Shown here: one piece after another, positions 8,777 to 18,081 of the stretch
Position numbering within the stretch: position 1 is the stretch's first letter
How the letters are laid out: each line of letters starts with the position of its first letter
From: Pirellulales bacterium
Lineage (GTDB): Bacteria; Planctomycetota; Planctomycetia; Pirellulales; PALSA-1355
Direction of reading: 5' to 3'
DNA length: 64,000 bases
Assembly: GCA_963733035.1 (NCBI GenBank)
Contig: CAVTBU010000008.1
Location: forward strand, 128,001-192,000
The notes under the pieces: generated by a model
What the model was told of the DNA's origin: nothing
The model's database searches: none
What the model saw: only the letters and a program-made list of their open reading frames with translations
Program-made: the position numbers and the translations under genes

Positions 8777-10246
8777 ATGGCCTACAACGGATTATCCGAT
8801 TTCCTTGAGGAACTTGCCGGCTCGGGCGAGCTGGTGCGGATCGACGCCGACGTCGACCCGCACTGGGAAATCTCCGAAATCACCCGCCGCGTTGCTAGCG
8901 AGGGAGGACCCGCGCTACTTTTCGAACGCGTTCGCGGCCAATCGATGGCCGTGCTGACGAATTTGCTGGGCACGCGGCGGCGGGCCTGCCGCCTGCTGGG
9001 CATCGAGTCGCTCGACGGGATCGTCAGCCGCATTGAGGCCGTGGCCGCAGCGCATACACCGCAAAACTGGTTCGACCGCTTGAAGATGCCGGGCGTCGAA
9101 TCAAGCACCGACAAGTTTCGTCCCCGCACCATCAAAATCGGCGGCTGCCAGCAGGTCGTGCACCTCGGACGCGACGTCAACCTGTCCACGTTTCCGCTCA
9201 TTCAATCCTGGCCCGACGAATCTGGCGCGAGCATCACCGCCGGCCTGATCCTGACTCGTGGTGCCCAGTCGTTTACGTGTGGCGCCACACATTGTCCGCT
9301 TGTGGCACTCGATGAAAATCGGTTAGCGCTCGTCGACGACGGCGAGTCCGCGTTCGCCTGCCACTGGGAAGAATATCTGTCCACCGGAGAGCGGATGCCG
9401 GCGGCCGTGGTGCTCGGCGGCGATCCGGCGGCGACGATCGCGGCCAACCTCGCGTTACCCGCCACTTTGGAAGTTCTGCACCTTGTGGGCCTGCTTCGTG
9501 GCAAACCGCTCGACCTGGTCAAATGCCGCACGCACGACCTGCCCGTGCCTGCCGAAGCGGAACTTGTCTTCGAAGGCTATCTTGATCCCGGCACACCTCC
9601 GGAAACGATTCGACTCGCCGGGGCAGGGGGAAGCCACTATCGCATTTCCAGCTCGGCGCTTGTGCTGCACGTTTCCGCCGTCACGCACCGCAATCGCCCA
9701 GTCTTTCCTGCATTAGTCGACGCCGGCTCGGTTGGTGAACGGGGAGTTTTGGCCAAAGCTCGCGAACGAACTCTGCTGGCAGCCCTGCAAGCCGTGGCGC
9801 CGGACGTCACCGATTTGAGTCTGCCGCTGCTCGGCGGCGTGCACCGATTTGCCTTTGTGGCCTTTCGCAAACACAGCCCATTTCAGGCTCGACAAGTGGC
9901 AGCCGCGGTCTGGGGCAGTCAGTCGCTGAAGCATGCGAAGTTTCTCGTATTGGTCGACGAGGGAGTCGATGTGCATCAGCCCGAGCAAGTCTGGGCACAG
10001 GTCGGTGCGAACGTTGCGCCTGAACGCGACGTCGTCGCATTTGACGGTCCGGCCGACCAGAGCGATTTCGCCGGCACGATGCTGCCGCTGGCCCGAAATC
10101 TGGCCCTCGACGCCACCACCAAGCTCACTTCGGAACATGCCGGGACGTGGCCGGCGGCGCTCCGCGCGGATCAGGAGATCGAACGCCAGGTAACCGCTCG
10201 CTGGGCCGAATTCAAGTTCGAATTGGGTGCTCGGCTGGGCCAGTAA
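8777..10246 (+). CDS. ubiD: UbiD/MqnL-family decarboxylase homologue with a degenerate active site
   Basis: Scaffold motifs GELVRI, GGPALLFE, VVLGGDP, VPAEAELVFEG, LVDEGVDVH, LDATTK present; NxGxYR and EGPFGD motifs absent. Confidence 0.85.
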   Translation: MAYNGLSDFLEELAGSGELVRIDADVDPHWEISEITRRVASEGGPALLFERVRGQSMAVLTNLLGTRRRACRLLGIESLDGIVSRIEAVAAAHTPQNWFDRLKMPGVESSTDKFRPRTIKIGGCQQVVHLGRDVNLSTFPLIQSWPDESGASITAGLILTRGAQSFTCGATHCPLVALDENRLALVDDGESAFACHWEEYLSTGERMPAAVVLGGDPAATIAANLALPATLEVLHLVGLLRGKPLDLVKCRTHDLPVPAEAELVFEGYLDPGTPPETIRLAGAGGSHYRISSSALVLHVSAVTHRNRPVFPALVDAGSVGERGVLAKARERTLLAALQAVAPDVTDLSLPLLGGVHRFAFVAFRKHSPFQARQVAAAVWGSQSLKHAKFLVLVDEGVDVHQPEQVWAQVGANVAPERDVVAFDGPADQSDFAGTMLPLARNLALDATTKLTSEHAGTWPAALRADQEIERQVTARWAEFKFELGARLGQ

Positions 10247-10343
10247 ATTACCGGTTTATACGCGGCCGCGTTCTCGGTTATCATCCAGGACGTTAACGCG
10301 CAGGATGAACCCGCGCTGTTCGTGACCGTGGTTTGAACGATCC

Positions 10344-11051
10344 ATGCCGGTAGACAAGTCGGAAGCGCGTGTGCGGGGAATGTTCGCCGAGATCGCGTCG
10401 CGCTACGACTTCATGAACCACGCGCTCTCGCTCGGCACCGACGTCTATTGGCGGTGGCGTACGGTCCGCAAGGTCGCCCCCAGCGGGCACGCCCCAATTC
10501 TCGATTTGTGCACCGGTACCGGCGATTTAGCGCTGGCCTATCGTCGCGCGGTCGGCAACGGCACACCGGTCGTGGGGGCCGACTTTTGCCATCCGATGCT
10601 CGTTATCGGACACAAAAAGGCCGATCGCCGGGAGGTGGATGGCCTGACGTTCGTGGAAGCCGACGCCCAGCAGTTGCCGTTTCCGGACGCAACGTTTCAA
10701 ATCGTTTCGGTGGCCTTCGGTCTGCGCAACGTCACCGACACCGATCAAGGCTTGCGCGAGATGATCCGGGTTTGCCAAAGCGGCGGCCGAATCGCCGTGT
10801 TAGAATTCTCGATGCCAACCTTGCAACCGTTCCGTTACTTTTACGGTTTCTATTTCCGGCACATGCTGCCGAAGATTGGGCAGTTGCTGGCTCGCAATCG
10901 GCAAGACGCCTACAACTACCTGCCAGAGAGTGTGGGGGAGTTTCCGGCCGGTGAGGCTTTGGCTGAGCGGATCCGAGCGGCCGGTGCCAGCGAGGTCCGG
11001 TACTATCCGCTGACGCTGGGCGTGGCCACGCTGTACGTAGGCATCAAATGA
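10344..11051 (+). CDS. ubiE: Demethylmenaquinone methyltransferase (UbiE/MenG)
   Basis: MF.EIA.RYDFMNH.LS.G, LDLCTGTGD, AFGLRNV, YLPESV. Confidence 0.95.
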   Translation: MPVDKSEARVRGMFAEIASRYDFMNHALSLGTDVYWRWRTVRKVAPSGHAPILDLCTGTGDLALAYRRAVGNGTPVVGADFCHPMLVIGHKKADRREVDGLTFVEADAQQLPFPDATFQIVSVAFGLRNVTDTDQGLREMIRVCQSGGRIAVLEFSMPTLQPFRYFYGFYFRHMLPKIGQLLARNRQDAYNYLPESVGEFPAGEALAERIRAAGASEVRYYPLTLGVATLYVGIK

Positions 11052-11734
11052 TCCCAACGAGCCAAGACAACCGCGACAATATCGTGCTGGCGATGACCGG
11101 TGCCAGCGGCTCGATCTACGCACTGCGGCTTTTGCAGCTACTGGTTGAGGCCAACGTGCGCGTCCACCTGACAATCAGCCCGCCGGCTCGGCTTGTACTC
11201 CTCCAGGAATTGGGCGTCGACGTCGATCTGGCACGTTTTCAACCGCATGAACTGCCGCTCCACTCCGACTCCGTGTCCTGGCCACGACTTTCGCTGGCGA
11301 TGTCCGAAGTGCTCGATCGCAACCCCGCAAGCCCGCCGCCTGCGGACACAATCATTTACCACCACTACGAGAACCTGATGGCTCCGATCGCCAGCGGCTC
11401 GTTCTTGACCAGCGGCATGGTCATTTGCCCCTGCTCCGGAAGCACACTCGGAGCGGTGGTGCATGGCACCGGCGAAAACCTCATCCACCGGGCCGCCAGC
11501 GTACATCTTAAGGAGCGTCGCAAGTTGGTGGTCGTACCGCGCGAAACGCCGCTGTCGACAATTCAGCTGGAAAACATGCGCCGGGCCTCCGAGGCCGGCG
11601 CCGTGGTGCTGCCTGCCATGCCAGGTTTCTATCACGACGTGAACTGTCTGGGAGACTTGGTCGACTTTGTCGTGGCTCGAATCCTCGACCAACTTGGCAT
11701 CGCCAACAGCTTGATGCACCGCTGGGGAATGTAA
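11048..11734 (+). CDS. ubiX: Flavin prenyltransferase UbiX
   Basis: TGASG, IASGS, PCSGSTL, LKERRKL..VPRETP, PAMPGFY. Confidence 0.95.
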   Translation: MIPTSQDNRDNIVLAMTGASGSIYALRLLQLLVEANVRVHLTISPPARLVLLQELGVDVDLARFQPHELPLHSDSVSWPRLSLAMSEVLDRNPASPPPADTIIYHHYENLMAPIASGSFLTSGMVICPCSGSTLGAVVHGTGENLIHRAASVHLKERRKLVVVPRETPLSTIQLENMRRASEAGAVVLPAMPGFYHDVNCLGDLVDFVVARILDQLGIANSLMHRWGM

Positions 11735-11743
11735 CGAATTGCC

Positions 11744-12646
11744 ATGCTGACTCGCCTACGGCACATCCTGGAGATGATCCGCTTCAGTCACACGCTGTTT
11801 GCGCTGCCGTTTGCACTGCTATCGGCCGTGATGGCCTGGCATCTTGGCGAGAAACTCACAACCGGCCGCATTATCCGCGAGCTGCTTGGCATCGTGCTTT
11901 GCATGGTTACCGCTCGCAGCGCGGCCATGGCGTTTAATCGCATCGCCGACTGGCGGCTCGACGCGGAAAACCCCCGCACAAAAATGCGGCACATTCCCGC
12001 CGGCATGCTCAGCGTCTCAAGCGTCGTGGCATTTGCCGTCGTTTGCTCCCTGGGCTTTGTACTTTCGACCCTCATCTTCTTGCCAAACCGCCTGCCAATT
12101 TACCTGTCCCTGCCGGTATTGGTGTTCTTGTTGGGATACAGCCTGACGAAGCGTTTCACCTCGGCAGCTCATTTCTGGCTGGGGGCTGCATTGATGCTCG
12201 CGCCAGTGTCGGCCTGGATCGCGCTCCGGGGCGAGCAAGTTCTGGCAAACCCGGCGGACCTGCTCCCGGCCGTTATACTCGGAGCTGCCGTCATGCTCTG
12301 GGTAGCCGGATTCGACATCATCTACGCCTGCCAGGACGTCGACTACGACCTTTCAGCCGGACTACACAGCGTGCCGGCCCGCTTGGGCGTTCGGCGGGCC
12401 TTGTGGCTGGCCGCGATCTGCCACCTGGGAATGGTGCTCTTGCTTGCGGCCTTGCCCGGGGTATACCCTCAATTAGGTTGGATTTACGCTGGCGGGATCG
12501 CGGCTGTGGCCATCCTGCTGGCATACGAGCACTGGCTGGTCCGCCCCGACGATTTAACCCGCGTGAATGTGGCATTCTTCCAGGTAAATGCGGTTGTAAG
12601 CATAGGATTGCTGCTCGTCGGCGCCCTCGACCTCTGGAGCGGCTAG
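11744..12646 (+). CDS. ubiA: UbiA-family polyprenyltransferase (MqnP-like)
   Basis: IRFSHTLFALPFA, AMAFNR.AD..LD.ENPRT, GFDIIYACQD. Confidence 0.93.
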   Translation: MLTRLRHILEMIRFSHTLFALPFALLSAVMAWHLGEKLTTGRIIRELLGIVLCMVTARSAAMAFNRIADWRLDAENPRTKMRHIPAGMLSVSSVVAFAVVCSLGFVLSTLIFLPNRLPIYLSLPVLVFLLGYSLTKRFTSAAHFWLGAALMLAPVSAWIALRGEQVLANPADLLPAVILGAAVMLWVAGFDIIYACQDVDYDLSAGLHSVPARLGVRRALWLAAICHLGMVLLLAALPGVYPQLGWIYAGGIAAVAILLAYEHWLVRPDDLTRVNVAFFQVNAVVSIGLLLVGALDLWSG

Positions 12647-12723
12647 GGCCGTATGCCCCAGGCTGATAGACTGCCCGTAACTGACACCGCAGTTTTAAGA
12701 TTATCACGACGAACTATTTTGCC

Positions 12724-13866
12724 ATGATTCGAGCACCCGAACCGACGTTGGATTCGATCCGCGAAAAAGTTCTATCGGGCGAGCGGTTGAGTTTTGACGA
12801 AGGGCTCTATCTCTACCGCCCCGACGTTCCACTGCCGCAAATCGGCGAGTTGGCGAACATCGTTCGCGAGCGCAAGAATGGCGATCGAACCTACTACAAT
12901 ATCAACACGCACCTGAACCCCACCAACGTTTGCGTTTACCGTTGCGTGTTCTGCGCCTTTCGGTCCGATTTGCGCGACCCGAAGGGCTACCTGATGAGCG
13001 ACGAGCAAATCCTGGCTCGCGGCCAAGAGGCCGTCGATTGCGGTGCCACCGAGATGCACATCGTGGGCGGGCTGCACCACCAGATGAAGTACGAGTGGTA
13101 CCGAAACCTGATCCAAATCCTGCATGACACATACCCTCGGCTGCACCTGAAGGCATGGACCGCCGTGGAACTCGATTGGTTTTGCCGCCAGACCGGCAAA
13201 TCAATTCGCCAGATTCTGGAAGATATGATGGACGCCGGCTTGGGAAGCCTCCCCGGTGGCGGCGCGGAAATCTTTCATCCGGAAGTCCGCGACCGAATCT
13301 GCGAACACAAAGCCGACGCTGGCCGCTGGGTGGAGATCCATCGCACGGCACACGAGCTCGGCCTGCGCACGAACGCAACGATGCTCTACGGCCATTTGGA
13401 AAATGACTTCCATCGAGTCGATCATCTGGTGCGGCTCCGCGAGCTGCAGGACGAGACCGGCGGCTTTCAGACCTTCATTCCCCTAGCGTTTCATCCAGAC
13501 AACACGGGGCTGGCGCAGATCAAGAAGCCGTCGGGCCTGATGGACCTGCGGACCGTCGCGGTCAGCCGGCTAATGCTCGATAACTTCGATCACGTCAAGG
13601 CCTATTGGATCATGCTTGGAATCGGTACGGCCCAAACCGCGCTTGCCTTCGGTGCGGACGATCTCGATGGCACGGTGCGGCACGAGCTAATCTATCACGA
13701 CGCCGGCGCCACAACGCCCGAGGCCTTGAGCGTCGAAGAAATTCGCCGCCTGATCATCGAAGCCGGCCGAGAACCGATCGAACGCGACACGCTCTACCAC
13801 CGCGTGGTTCGTGAAGGTTCGCACTGGGAAGCTGCCGAATCGCTTGCCGCCAGCGATTCGCGGTGA
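12724..13866 (+). CDS. mqnE: Aminofutalosine synthase (radical SAM)
   Basis: CxxxCxxC (NVCVYRCVFC), SLPGGGAEIF, TNATMLYGH, KAYWIMLG. Confidence 0.93.
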   Translation: MIRAPEPTLDSIREKVLSGERLSFDEGLYLYRPDVPLPQIGELANIVRERKNGDRTYYNINTHLNPTNVCVYRCVFCAFRSDLRDPKGYLMSDEQILARGQEAVDCGATEMHIVGGLHHQMKYEWYRNLIQILHDTYPRLHLKAWTAVELDWFCRQTGKSIRQILEDMMDAGLGSLPGGGAEIFHPEVRDRICEHKADAGRWVEIHRTAHELGLRTNATMLYGHLENDFHRVDHLVRLRELQDETGGFQTFIPLAFHPDNTGLAQIKKPSGLMDLRTVAVSRLMLDNFDHVKAYWIMLGIGTAQTALAFGADDLDGTVRHELIYHDAGATTPEALSVEEIRRLIIEAGREPIERDTLYHRVVREGSHWEAAESLAASDSR

Positions 13867-13887
13867 GCTTCCGCGACACACGACAGA

Positions 13888-14508
13888 CTACGCCGGCTCA
13901 CTAGGTGGTGGATCGAACATGCGTCGGACCAATGCGACGTCGTTTTCGACTCCGATCTTATCGTGCACGCGCGAGCGGTGCTTGGCGGCCGTTTGGATCG
14001 TGATCTGCAGCTCCGAGGCAATCTGCTTGAGCGTCTTGCCGCGCAGGATCAAATCCATCACCTCCGCCTCGCGAGGCGTCAAATCCGGATGCGAGGGCAA
14101 CTCGTTCGGCGGCACGTTCGTCTCTTGATGCCGAGCAAATTCGGCATCCAAAGCGCGACGGATCTGACCTAGCAGAACTCCGTCATCGGCGGGCTTCTGC
14201 AAGAAGTCGAACGCCCCTGAGCGAAAGGCCTGGGCACACACGCCCACGTCGCCGTGGCCAGTCAGAAAGATAATGGGAAGCTGAACTCCGTCCTTGATCA
14301 GTGCTTCTTGCACTTCGAGGCCGTTCATGCCAGGCATGTTCATGTCGAGCACGAGGCATGCGGGGCGCTCGCGATCGAAACTTTCCAGGAACAAGCGGCC
14401 GGAGTTGAAGGTTTCAATTTTCAAGCCTGCGACACCCAACAACGCCCGCAGCATTTGCAGCGTCAGCGGATCGTCGTCGACGACATAGACAATCGGCTCG
14501 GAGTTCAT
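13888..14508 (-). CDS. FixJ/LuxR-family response regulator
   Basis: REC domain (VDDD, LDMNMPG, FLTGHG, KP) plus HTH LTPRE...KQIASEL. Confidence 0.93.
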   Translation of the reverse strand: MNSEPIVYVVDDDPLTLQMLRALLGVAGLKIETFNSGRLFLESFDRERPACLVLDMNMPGMNGLEVQEALIKDGVQLPIIFLTGHGDVGVCAQAFRSGAFDFLQKPADDGVLLGQIRRALDAEFARHQETNVPPNELPSHPDLTPREAEVMDLILRGKTLKQIASELQITIQTAAKHRSRVHDKIGVENDVALVRRMFDPPPSEPA

Positions 14509-14770
14509 GGCAGCGAACTCAAACGTTGCGATCCTGCCGACGCTTGAAACGACTCGCAGCACTGCGAGCCGTCGCTGGCACGCAGACTGCGCTGAAACCG
14601 AATTGGTCACACGATGGACTGATTAACCGTTCGCGTGGAATGTACCGTGTAATGCCCACCCCATCAATTGGGATAACAAGTGTCCCGATCGAGTGGAAAG
14701 AATCTGCCGACGTCCAAACCGGCGCGACGACCGCTTCGCCACTGCCCGAGGTCGTCTCACGCCAGAAAGC

Positions 14771-14806
14771 AAAAAACCCGCTTCGACACCAAGGCGTCGA
14801 AGCGGG
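14771..14806 (-). terminator. Rho-independent terminator-like hairpin T1
   Basis: Minus strand CCCGCUUCGACGCC-UU-GGUGUCGAAGCGGG followed by U6; G.U pair fits only the minus strand. Confidence 0.8.
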
Positions 14807-14903
14807 CACCCGTCTCGAACGTGGGGCAGCAGCGTTCGAACGGAAAGTTCATATACACGGAATTTGATCGTCATATTGAAGCGTGATGATGGACTTACAT
14901 GGA

Positions 14904-14920
14904 GTGCGAATATTTCGCAC
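14904..14920. promoter_or_regulatory. Perfect inverted repeat, possible operator
   Basis: GTGCGAA-tat-TTCGCAC in an intergenic region. Confidence 0.4.
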
Positions 14921-14947
14921 GCAACTGGTGAACAATCGCCGCGCAAC

Positions 14948-14990
14948 AAAAAAACCCGTCCGACCTACTGCCCCTGCTAGGTCGAACGGG
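14948..14990 (-). terminator. Rho-independent terminator-like hairpin T2
   Basis: 13-bp stem with one G.U on the minus strand, loop GCAGGGGCAG, then U7. Confidence 0.8.
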
Positions 14991-15248
14991 CAATCAAGCC
15001 ACTATCTCTCAATGAGTTAGCGACCCTTACTAAATCTACACATCGGCGCAACACGCAGGTCGTCCGAAATCATTTGTGAGCGAATTGCGCTGAAACCATT
15101 CCCGAGGGGGGAATTCCTATTGTGCCAGCGGTCTGTTCGAACATTCGCAAGATAGGAGGCATGCGTGGCCTAGGAGAACCACTCCGTCGGGATTGGTGGG
15201 TTTGGGGGCAGATTTACACGAGCAGCTCGTTTGCCGACGGACTCGATT

Positions 15249-17396
15249 TCAGCCAACGTCCCCCAATTCCAATGATTTGCCGTAACGAGTCAGCGTCATC
15301 CGTTGCAGCAGAGCGTGTGCGGTTTGGCTCAAATCCGGGTCCGAATCAACCAGCTTCCGTGCGTCCCGGCGGGCCTCATCCAGCACCGCCGCATCGCGGA
15401 TCAAGTCCGCAATCCGCAGCGGCGGCAGCCCATGTTGTCGCGTTCCCAGAACATCGCCTGGACCGCGCAGTTCGAAGTCGACTTCGGCCAGCCGAAATCC
15501 ATCATTGCTCTCGACCAACGATTGCAGTCGCCGGATTGCCTCGGGCGTACGCGCCTCGGCAAACAGGCAGCAGTATCCGGGATGTGCCCCCCGGCGAATG
15601 CGTCCACGCAACTGATGCAACTGCGATAGCCCGAAGCGTTCCGCGTTCTCGATCGTCATCACCGTGGCATTGGGCACGTCGATTCCCACTTCCACGACCG
15701 ACGTGGCCACCAGCACCTGGGTCTCCCCGCGAACGAACGCCTCCATCGCCATCTGCTTTTCAGTGCTGGACATCCGGCCGTGCACAAGACCCAGTCGAAA
15801 CGCCTCCAACTCGCCATTTGCAAGCGCCTCGTAAGCCTCTTCCAGACTAAGTGGCGGCGAGGTCGCTGAAGGGTCTTCGTCGCCCAATGGTGTCTCATCA
15901 CCCTCGACGTTACCTTCCTCCTCGGACGACATGCTTGAAACCAATGGCACGACCACGTAGCCCTGCCGTCCTTCGCGCAGCTTCTTGCGAAAAAATTCCC
16001 ACCACTTTGGGCGGTCCTCGGGGGCAGGGAAGTAAGTATGCACGTTTTGTCGTCCTGGCGGCGCGTCGGTGAGGGTCGTCACGTCGAGATCGCCAAACAG
16101 CGTCAGACTTACCGTGCGGGGAATCGGTGTCGCCGTCATGACCAAATAGTGCGGTTGCAGGGACGAGTATTTGAGCCGGGCGCGTTGGCGGACGCCAAAT
16201 TTATGTTGTTCGTCGATCACCACCAGTCCCAATTTGTGAAATGCCAACTCACTGGAGATAACCGCCTGGGTACCCACGAGTATCTGAATTTCGCCGGAAG
16301 CGACTCCCGCCAGCACTTCCCTTCGACCCTTGGCGGTCTGTCCGCCCGTGAGGCATCCGATACGCGTCTGGCTGCCGGCAAGCAAGCGTTCCAGTGTACC
16401 GACATGCTGCCGGGCGAGAACTTCCGTGGGCGCCATCAGGACAACTTGAGTACCGTGCGCCACGGCCAGCAACATGGCGTACACCGCCACGATGGTCTTG
16501 CCACTTCCGACGTCCCCCTGCAACAGCCTGTTCATCGGCGCCGAGTGCTGCAGGTCGCCGGCGATTTCGGCAATGGCCTGATTTTGTCCCTGGGTCAACT
16601 GAAACGGCAGTAACCGCCGAATTCGGGCATCAATTTTGGCCGTCAGCTCAAGTGGATGTGCTTCCAGCGATCGATGCACTCGCTCGCGTTTGACGGCCAG
16701 TGCGACTTGCAGCACAAACAGTTCCTGATAGACGAACCGCCGCCGGGCATGCTCCAATTCCTCGCGACTTGACGGAAAATGAAGCCGGGGCAGGGCGGTA
16801 GCCAAAGACCACAAATCGTGTTCCTCTAGATACGTCGCCGGAAAAACCTCCTCCAACTGGTCAAGGCAACCGTCAAGCGCTCGCCGCATCAGCGAACGAA
16901 CCTGTCGCTGTTGGAGCCCCTCGGTCAGTGGATAGACGGGCAGCAGCTCGCCGAGCGGAACCTCCTGCTCCGTTTCGACGGGCTTCACATGAGGGTGTGA
17001 CATCTCCCAACGAATCGCCCGTCGCTTAGGCCGCCCTGAGACCAGCACGGTCTGACCACGGCGAAACTTGTCGCGCATGAACGGCTGGTTGAACCATAGC
17101 GCCCGCAAGTATTGGTCGCCTTGTCGCAGAAGAACTCCCAAAATCGAGCGTCCCGGACCGCGATCGGCCAATTCCACGTCCTCGACCGTCGCAAGAACGC
17201 TCGCCAGAACCCCCTCCTCAAGCTCGCCGATCGAACGAAGATCCGTGAGATCCTGATAGTCGCGCGGAAAGAAAAACAACAGATCGCGCAGTGTGACCAC
17301 GCCCAGCCGTGCGAGCAACTCGGCACGCGCAGCGCCGCAGCCCTTCAGGTATTGCACGGGCGTGGCCAGATCGAACGGCTTCTCGGTGGAGGACAT
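15249..17396 (-). CDS. recG: ATP-dependent DNA helicase RecG
   Basis: RLLQGDVGSGKT, IDEQHKFG, MTATPIPR, LHQLRGR, TRG motif LRGPG...GTRQHG. Confidence 0.97.
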   Translation of the reverse strand: MSSTEKPFDLATPVQYLKGCGAARAELLARLGVVTLRDLLFFFPRDYQDLTDLRSIGELEEGVLASVLATVEDVELADRGPGRSILGVLLRQGDQYLRALWFNQPFMRDKFRRGQTVLVSGRPKRRAIRWEMSHPHVKPVETEQEVPLGELLPVYPLTEGLQQRQVRSLMRRALDGCLDQLEEVFPATYLEEHDLWSLATALPRLHFPSSREELEHARRRFVYQELFVLQVALAVKRERVHRSLEAHPLELTAKIDARIRRLLPFQLTQGQNQAIAEIAGDLQHSAPMNRLLQGDVGSGKTIVAVYAMLLAVAHGTQVVLMAPTEVLARQHVGTLERLLAGSQTRIGCLTGGQTAKGRREVLAGVASGEIQILVGTQAVISSELAFHKLGLVVIDEQHKFGVRQRARLKYSSLQPHYLVMTATPIPRTVSLTLFGDLDVTTLTDAPPGRQNVHTYFPAPEDRPKWWEFFRKKLREGRQGYVVVPLVSSMSSEEEGNVEGDETPLGDEDPSATSPPLSLEEAYEALANGELEAFRLGLVHGRMSSTEKQMAMEAFVRGETQVLVATSVVEVGIDVPNATVMTIENAERFGLSQLHQLRGRIRRGAHPGYCCLFAEARTPEAIRRLQSLVESNDGFRLAEVDFELRGPGDVLGTRQHGLPPLRIADLIRDAAVLDEARRDARKLVDSDPDLSQTAHALLQRMTLTRYGKSLELGDVG

Positions 17397-17402
17397 GCCT
17401 CT

Positions 17403-17408
17403 ATTCTA
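17403..17408 (-). promoter_or_regulatory. Putative -10 box (TAGAAT) 6 nt before the recG ATG
   Basis: Minus strand TAGAATagaggcATG. Confidence 0.45.
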
Positions 17409-17501
17409 GAAGCTGTTGCCCAACAAGGAACGGCCTCTCGCGACTGCCGTCAAGGCGGCCGCAGGGCCTTGACGGCCTTCATCGTCGGTCACACGCAAGC
17501 G

Positions 17502-17969
17502 TTACCGACCGAGAAACGATTGATACGCCGCCACGGCCAGTTCGTCGCACCGATCGTTTTCTGGGTGCCCGCTGTGGCCAGCCACGCGGATATAGGTCAA
17601 TTCATGTTCGGCCACCAGGGCGTCCAATTGCCGCCAGAGGTCTTCGTTCTTGACCTCTTTCCAGGCCTTTCCCTCGCGGCGTCGCCAACCGTTCGCCTTC
17701 CACTTGGGCATCCATTCCGAAAGGCCCTTGCCCACATAGACGCTGTCGGTCATCAGTCGGACGTGCGACGGCTTTTTGAGCGTTTCCAACCCACGCACCA
17801 CGGCCGTCAATTCCATGCGGTTATTGGTCGTCTCACGTTCACCGCCTGAAGCTTCAAGCTCCTTGTTCGAAGCCGGGTGCCGCAAGATGAACGCCCAGCC
17901 GCCCGGCCCCGGATTTCCGCTGCAAGCGCCGTCGGTAAACAGTTCGACTTCAGGAAGGGAACGTGACAT
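17502..17969 (-). CDS. rnhA: Ribonuclease HI
   Basis: TDGACSGNPGPGGW, TTNNRMEL, TDS.YV, GHSGHPEN.RCD. Confidence 0.97.
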   Translation of the reverse strand: MSRSLPEVELFTDGACSGNPGPGGWAFILRHPASNKELEASGGERETTNNRMELTAVVRGLETLKKPSHVRLMTDSVYVGKGLSEWMPKWKANGWRRREGKAWKEVKNEDLWRQLDALVAEHELTYIRVAGHSGHPENDRCDELAVAAYQSFLGR

Positions 17970-18081
17970 GGCGGCCTATCGTAACGCAAATCGAGAAAAC
18001 CAAAAGGCCAGCTTCACGTGGCCGCGCGGCAGGCGAAACGAAGCGAAGTCCGCCGAGATTGCATTTCGGTCTTTGACCGCG

